NCBI GenBank assembly: GCA_031835245.2
Contig: JAVKOQ020000097.1
Coordinates: forward strand, 124,001 to 177,954
Origin: Balamuthia mandrillaris
Taxonomy: Eukaryota
DNA length: 53,954 nucleotides
Reading direction: 5' to 3'
Made by a program: the position numbers and the translations under genes. Shown here one piece after another: positions 50,391 to 53,954 of this stretch. Below the pieces are notes generated by a model, which did not search any database, was not told where the DNA came from, and worked only from the letters and a program-made list of their open reading frames with translations. Every line of letters starts with the position of its first letter. Within the stretch, counting starts at the first letter, position 1.

Positions 50391-50584
50391 CCCTCTCTCT
50401 CGCGCCTTTGTACAGAGAAATGAACAGAGATGTTTCATTAAAAACACACACGTGAAGAACCACGTGAAACATTCTTTAGCTTCTTCTCCTTCTTCTCTCC
50501 TTTTTTCTCCACAACAAAATCACTATAGCAAATAGGCTTCTCTTCTCTTGGCTTCTAGCTTTCTCTTTTAGGTGTGAAGAAGTA

Positions 50585-51189
50585 ATGGAACGAGCAAAGG
50601 AGACTCAACAAGAGGTAGCGGAGGGTCCTGGCCCCTTCCCCCTGCCAGCCGGCAAGGAGACCCTCTTTGGCCGCCTGCGCGAGGCCTGCAGGCAGGACTG
50701 GGAGGACTACCTCCACCACCCCTTTGTGCAGCGGCTGGGCGAGGGCACGCTCGAGCCCGACAGCTTCACTCACTACCTCAAGCAGGACTTTCTCTTCCTG
50801 AAGCACTTTGCCAGGGCTTGGGCCTTGGCTGTCTACAAGAGCGATACCCTCGAGGAGATGCAGTTTGCTTCTGCTGGACTCAAGTTCATGATCGAAGGTT
50901 GTTGTTTTGAGGTCCTAACTTTTTGATGTCAAGTGGGTGTGGGTGAGTCTGATGAGGATTACGAAAACACACCACGCACAGAGCCAACGCTGCACATCAA
51001 CTATTGTGCCAAATGGGGCATCACCAAGTCGGCCATGGAGCAAGAGCCAGAGGCCACGCACAACCTCGCCTACACTCGCTACGTTTTGGAGAAAGGCCAC
51101 AGCGGTGACTTGTTGGACCTCTACGCCGCCTTGGCCCCGTGCGTGCTTGGATACACCGAAATAGGTCTCATCTTGAAGGTCTGCCTCTC

Positions 51190-51230
<41 letters not shown>

Positions 51231-51519
51231 CTATGCTTCTCATCTGATGTAATCGCTACTTTTTTTTCTTCTGCAGAAGAAATACGCGGAACGGCTGGAA
51301 GCGGATGGAGGAGCCGAACAAGCACACCCCTACAAGGACTGGATAGAGACCTACGCGGACGCCACCTTCGCCCTCTCCATGATCCAACACCTGGACCAGG
51401 TGGCCACGGCCAGAGGGGGCTTCACCCCCGAGCGGTGGAGGAGCCTGACGGCCACCTTCCGCCAGGCCACCCGCCTGGAGGTGGGCTTCTGGCAGATGGG
51501 GTTGACCAGGAGCTTCTGA
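50585..51519 (+). CDS. tenA: Thiaminase II / TenA aminopyrimidine aminohydrolase
   Basis: HPFVQRLGEGTL...FTHYLKQDFLFLKHFARAWA, AYTRYVL, AALAPCVLGY (catalytic Cys), PYKDWIETY, ATRLEVGFWQMG. Introns about 50898-50981 and 51179-51276. Confidence 0.93.
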
Positions 51520-51831
51520 GTATATTAGGTTGATGCATGAGTGTCTTAACAACCTAATATTTTTAAGAAATATTTCCAGGAAATAATTGTCGACAAAATT
51601 GGTATATTGGGCTGAAATCACAATGAAAATTCGTGGAGAGAATTAGGAAAGAGAAAAGTTGGACGAAAGAAAGTTGCCGCGGGGGCTTTCATTACTACGT
51701 TTAAGTTTCTTCACCACTTGAAATTAAGAATCTGGGTCGTCATGAGATTTTAGAAACTTGCAAATAACCGAAATTTCAGGACGACACGACCTAGCTGAGT
51801 TCGAGCGAGAAAACAGAAAAGAAGAGGCGGG

Positions 51832-52257
51832 ATGGAAGGAGAGAAAGAACCGTTGATGGAGCTTCGTTTTTATCGCTCAGAGCTCCCTATTATTCAAAGA
51901 GACTTGGTTGTATTGGAACGTGGCGTGCTTGTACAAATTGTGGGGGACATCATTTGCCCGCAACTGCAGAGACGAATCAAGCGAAAAGCGCAAAAGTTGC
52001 CCCTGTGTGTCTCTGTTCCCCTTCATATACACCTTCACTTGGCTGTGTTTGGGGCTGCTGAGCGTGAATTTTCCTCCCTCGAAGAAATAGGAAATCTGTT
52101 TGGTCCACCGCCAGTTAAGACTTTCCGGTTGGGTTCTTATGCCATCCTGCAACCCCCCCTTACCATTGCCCGCACAAGCAACGGCGAAACCCGAGTCAAG
52201 GTCAATTATTGCGTTTACAACAAACAAAACGTTTTACTATGGCCAGAAGAAGGTTAG
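51832..52257 (+). CDS. Unknown 141-aa ORF carried by the RAG1/Transib-like element
   Basis: ATG-initiated, normal-complexity ORF inside the TIRs, convergent with the transposase; no recognisable domain. Confidence 0.55.
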   Translation: MEGEKEPLMELRFYRSELPIIQRDLVVLERGVLVQIVGDIICPQLQRRIKRKAQKLPLCVSVPLHIHLHLAVFGAAEREFSSLEEIGNLFGPPPVKTFRLGSYAILQPPLTIARTSNGETRVKVNYCVYNKQNVLLWPEEG

Positions 52258-53724
52258 CTACAGCGTTGTTCTTCGTTTTCTTCCTCCTCTTCACCGCCGT
52301 TTTCCGGTTGTGACTTACTTATTCCTTCCAGAGGCAGATACTGATGAATCTCAGGATGAGCTTTGAGACCTTTTGATGCCCAGGTCACAGGTTCTTTCCT
52401 CTTTGTTCGCCGTCGTTTTTGTTGCGGTTCAGGCAGCGTTCCTTCTGCGCGATACAGTTCTTGGCGGTAGGAATACGCCAGTTGTTGATAGCAAAAGTTT
52501 TTTTTTGTCACTTCCTTGAATGCTGTGGCCATTAGTTGGTATGTGCTTGTTCTGAAAGTGACGACTTTCTGTTGCATAATTGGCAAATCGTTCCACTGAC
52601 CCATACTTCTCTAGGAAGAATCCAAGGTGATAAATGAAGACATGGATATAAGGGGTAACTTCCTCATCGCCAAACGCCTGTGTGAACTTTGTTCCAAATT
52701 CCCTAGCTAATTCTAACCACTCGTTCTCTGTAATAGTCACCTTAGGTTGGGAAGCAAGGCTAGCAAGCAAAGCAAAGCGATCCCACAGTTGTTTTATGTT
52801 TGCTGCCCGTTCTTGTGATTTTCTTCTCCTTGCTCGTTTTTCAACAGCTTTCAAGAATAGAGCTTGGTTCTCAAGAATACGAATGTAGTCTGGGCGGCCA
52901 AATCGTGCTTTTGCTACACGTTGCTCCAAGGTCTTCATTTTATCATTCCTCTTCGGCAGTGTTATCTTTGCAGCCACAAAACACTTCTCCACTTCCTTGC
53001 CCAGTTTTTTCTTGCCATGCGTGTACTCTGCTAGTTGCTCAACCAGCTTTCGCATGACGCCCATGAAGCAATGCAACTGGCATGGGATCACATGATTGAA
53101 CAGAATCCTTAGAAGAGGTTTGTCTTGAATCCCAAAGTTTGTTGCAGCAAAGCGCTTTTTTGCACTGTTTGACTTTAACTTTGCAGCTTCCTCTCCCTTT
53201 GTCCACATTTGGGTTTTATCTCGGAATGGCCACATCTCTCTTGTGAAATCAGCAATATTATCCATGTCGACAAGGCACCACGGGCATTTCCATTGCGACT
53301 TTGGGTGATAGCAGGTATACAGCCCAAGGACTTTGATGAGTGCGGCCATATCACACACAAGCACCGGTTCAAGAGCATAGTCAATGCCATGAGCTTTAAT
53401 TGTCCCTCCGTTGATCAGGTATTCTATGCCTTTCACAGCATTTTTCAATTCTTTTTCCAACTCCTCTCTACTTTCCTCTCCTATGTAGACAATGTACTGA
53501 CGAGCGTTGTAAACTGATTTTGCCTTTGCCAACTCCAAGGAGGGTGGAGCTTTTCCGGGGGTCTTTCCGTCCCACCGTTCACAGGCAGCACAACTCTGAC
53601 CACAGTTATGATAGTGGCGGGTCCTTTCATGCCTCCAACTGGCATATTGACTCGCATATTGGACACGTTGACCTGTTTTTCCGGTGTGTGTACAGTTTTC
53701 ATGTGTACAGCACCAGCCTTCCAT
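52254..53724 (-). pseudogene. RAG1-core/Transib-type DDE transposase, apparently internally deleted and frameshifted
   Basis: VCDMAAL (second D), CPWC, PCQLHC, TPYIHVFIYHL, YGSVERFANYATESRH (E), in the order of RAG1 D708, C727/C730, H795, H937/H942, E962. Frameshift in the T9 run 52498-52506 continues into ORF 52254-52604. Confidence 0.75.
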
Positions 53725-53935
53725 CCGTGCCAGTCTTTCTCTTAGCTATTTTTTTTTTGTTAAACGAGTAAACGAGTTCCAAGAAAAAAATTTCGAAATT
53801 TCGTAAAAAATTAGCAGGTTCCTAAATTGCGTATGGATCCAAGGGTACTGCTAAACTTGCCATATAACTTTGATTGGCAAAAATTCCAAGGTGACGTCAC
53901 TTAGAAACCTGCTAATTTCAAGTGAAGAGGAAGCC

Positions 53936-53954
53936 ATGGCGGCGTTGTTCTCAG
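53936..53954 (+). CDS. Possible start of the next gene (MAALFS...), 11 bp beyond the transposon end
   Basis: GCCATGG Kozak-like context at the window edge; too short to confirm. Confidence 0.3.

Larger units (their letters stand above)
51715..53924. mobile_element. RAG1/Transib-like DNA transposon, CAC-initiated TIRs, two convergent ORFs
   Basis: CACTTGAAATTA at 51715-51726 and its exact reverse complement TAATTTCAAGTG at 53913-53924. Second inverted block 51750-51777 versus 53795-53825. RAG1-like transposase inside. No TSD found. Confidence 0.7.

Noticed and set aside
50950..50975. Hammerhead-like CTGATGAG...CGAAA in the first tenA intron
   Set aside because: Stem II would be 1 bp, and no stem I/III pairing with a UH cleavage site could be built.
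50480..51280. TPP riboswitch near tenA
   Set aside because: No CTGAGA...CCTGA...AATNC core found in the UTR or introns.
51832..52257. RAG2-like identity for the partner ORF
   Set aside because: No Kelch GG repeats or PHD Cys/His pattern, and too short.
51705..53935. Target-site duplication for the RAG1-like element
   Set aside because: Flanks TTCAC and AAGAG do not match at 2-5 bp, so exact ends remain provisional.

Overview
Gene-dense eukaryotic DNA with short GT-AG introns full of (CT)n/(TCT)n microsatellites. It looks like a free-living amoeba (Discosea, Balamuthia/Acanthamoeba-like); this is inferred from intron style and gene content, not verified. Recognisable genes: an IPT/TIG transcription-factor-like protein, a 5'-truncated STE-type kinase with SH3, a RasGEF C-terminal fragment, a membrane-anchored EcKinase/APH-fold kinase, a UBL-LRR-pseudokinase, a LIM protein, GGPP synthase, an organelle-targeted RsmI, a DYRK-like kinase with an inserted SH3, a polyubiquitin fragment, a PPR protein, EMC5, PIP5K and TenA. 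Two DNA transposons: a Mutator (MULE) element with no target-site duplication that joins two decapitated genes, and a 2.2-kb CAC-ended element with a RAG1/Transib-type transposase tail-to-tail with an unknown ORF. A set of secreted-protein genes with uninterrupted coding regions: three DUF4397-like repeat proteins (one about 2100 aa with seven dibasic KR/RR-Q sites inside loops) and a (YDGGDVx)~45 heptad-repeat protein, all candidate cyst-wall or surface-coat components. All calls come from motifs read by eye, with no database search; exon boundaries are manual.
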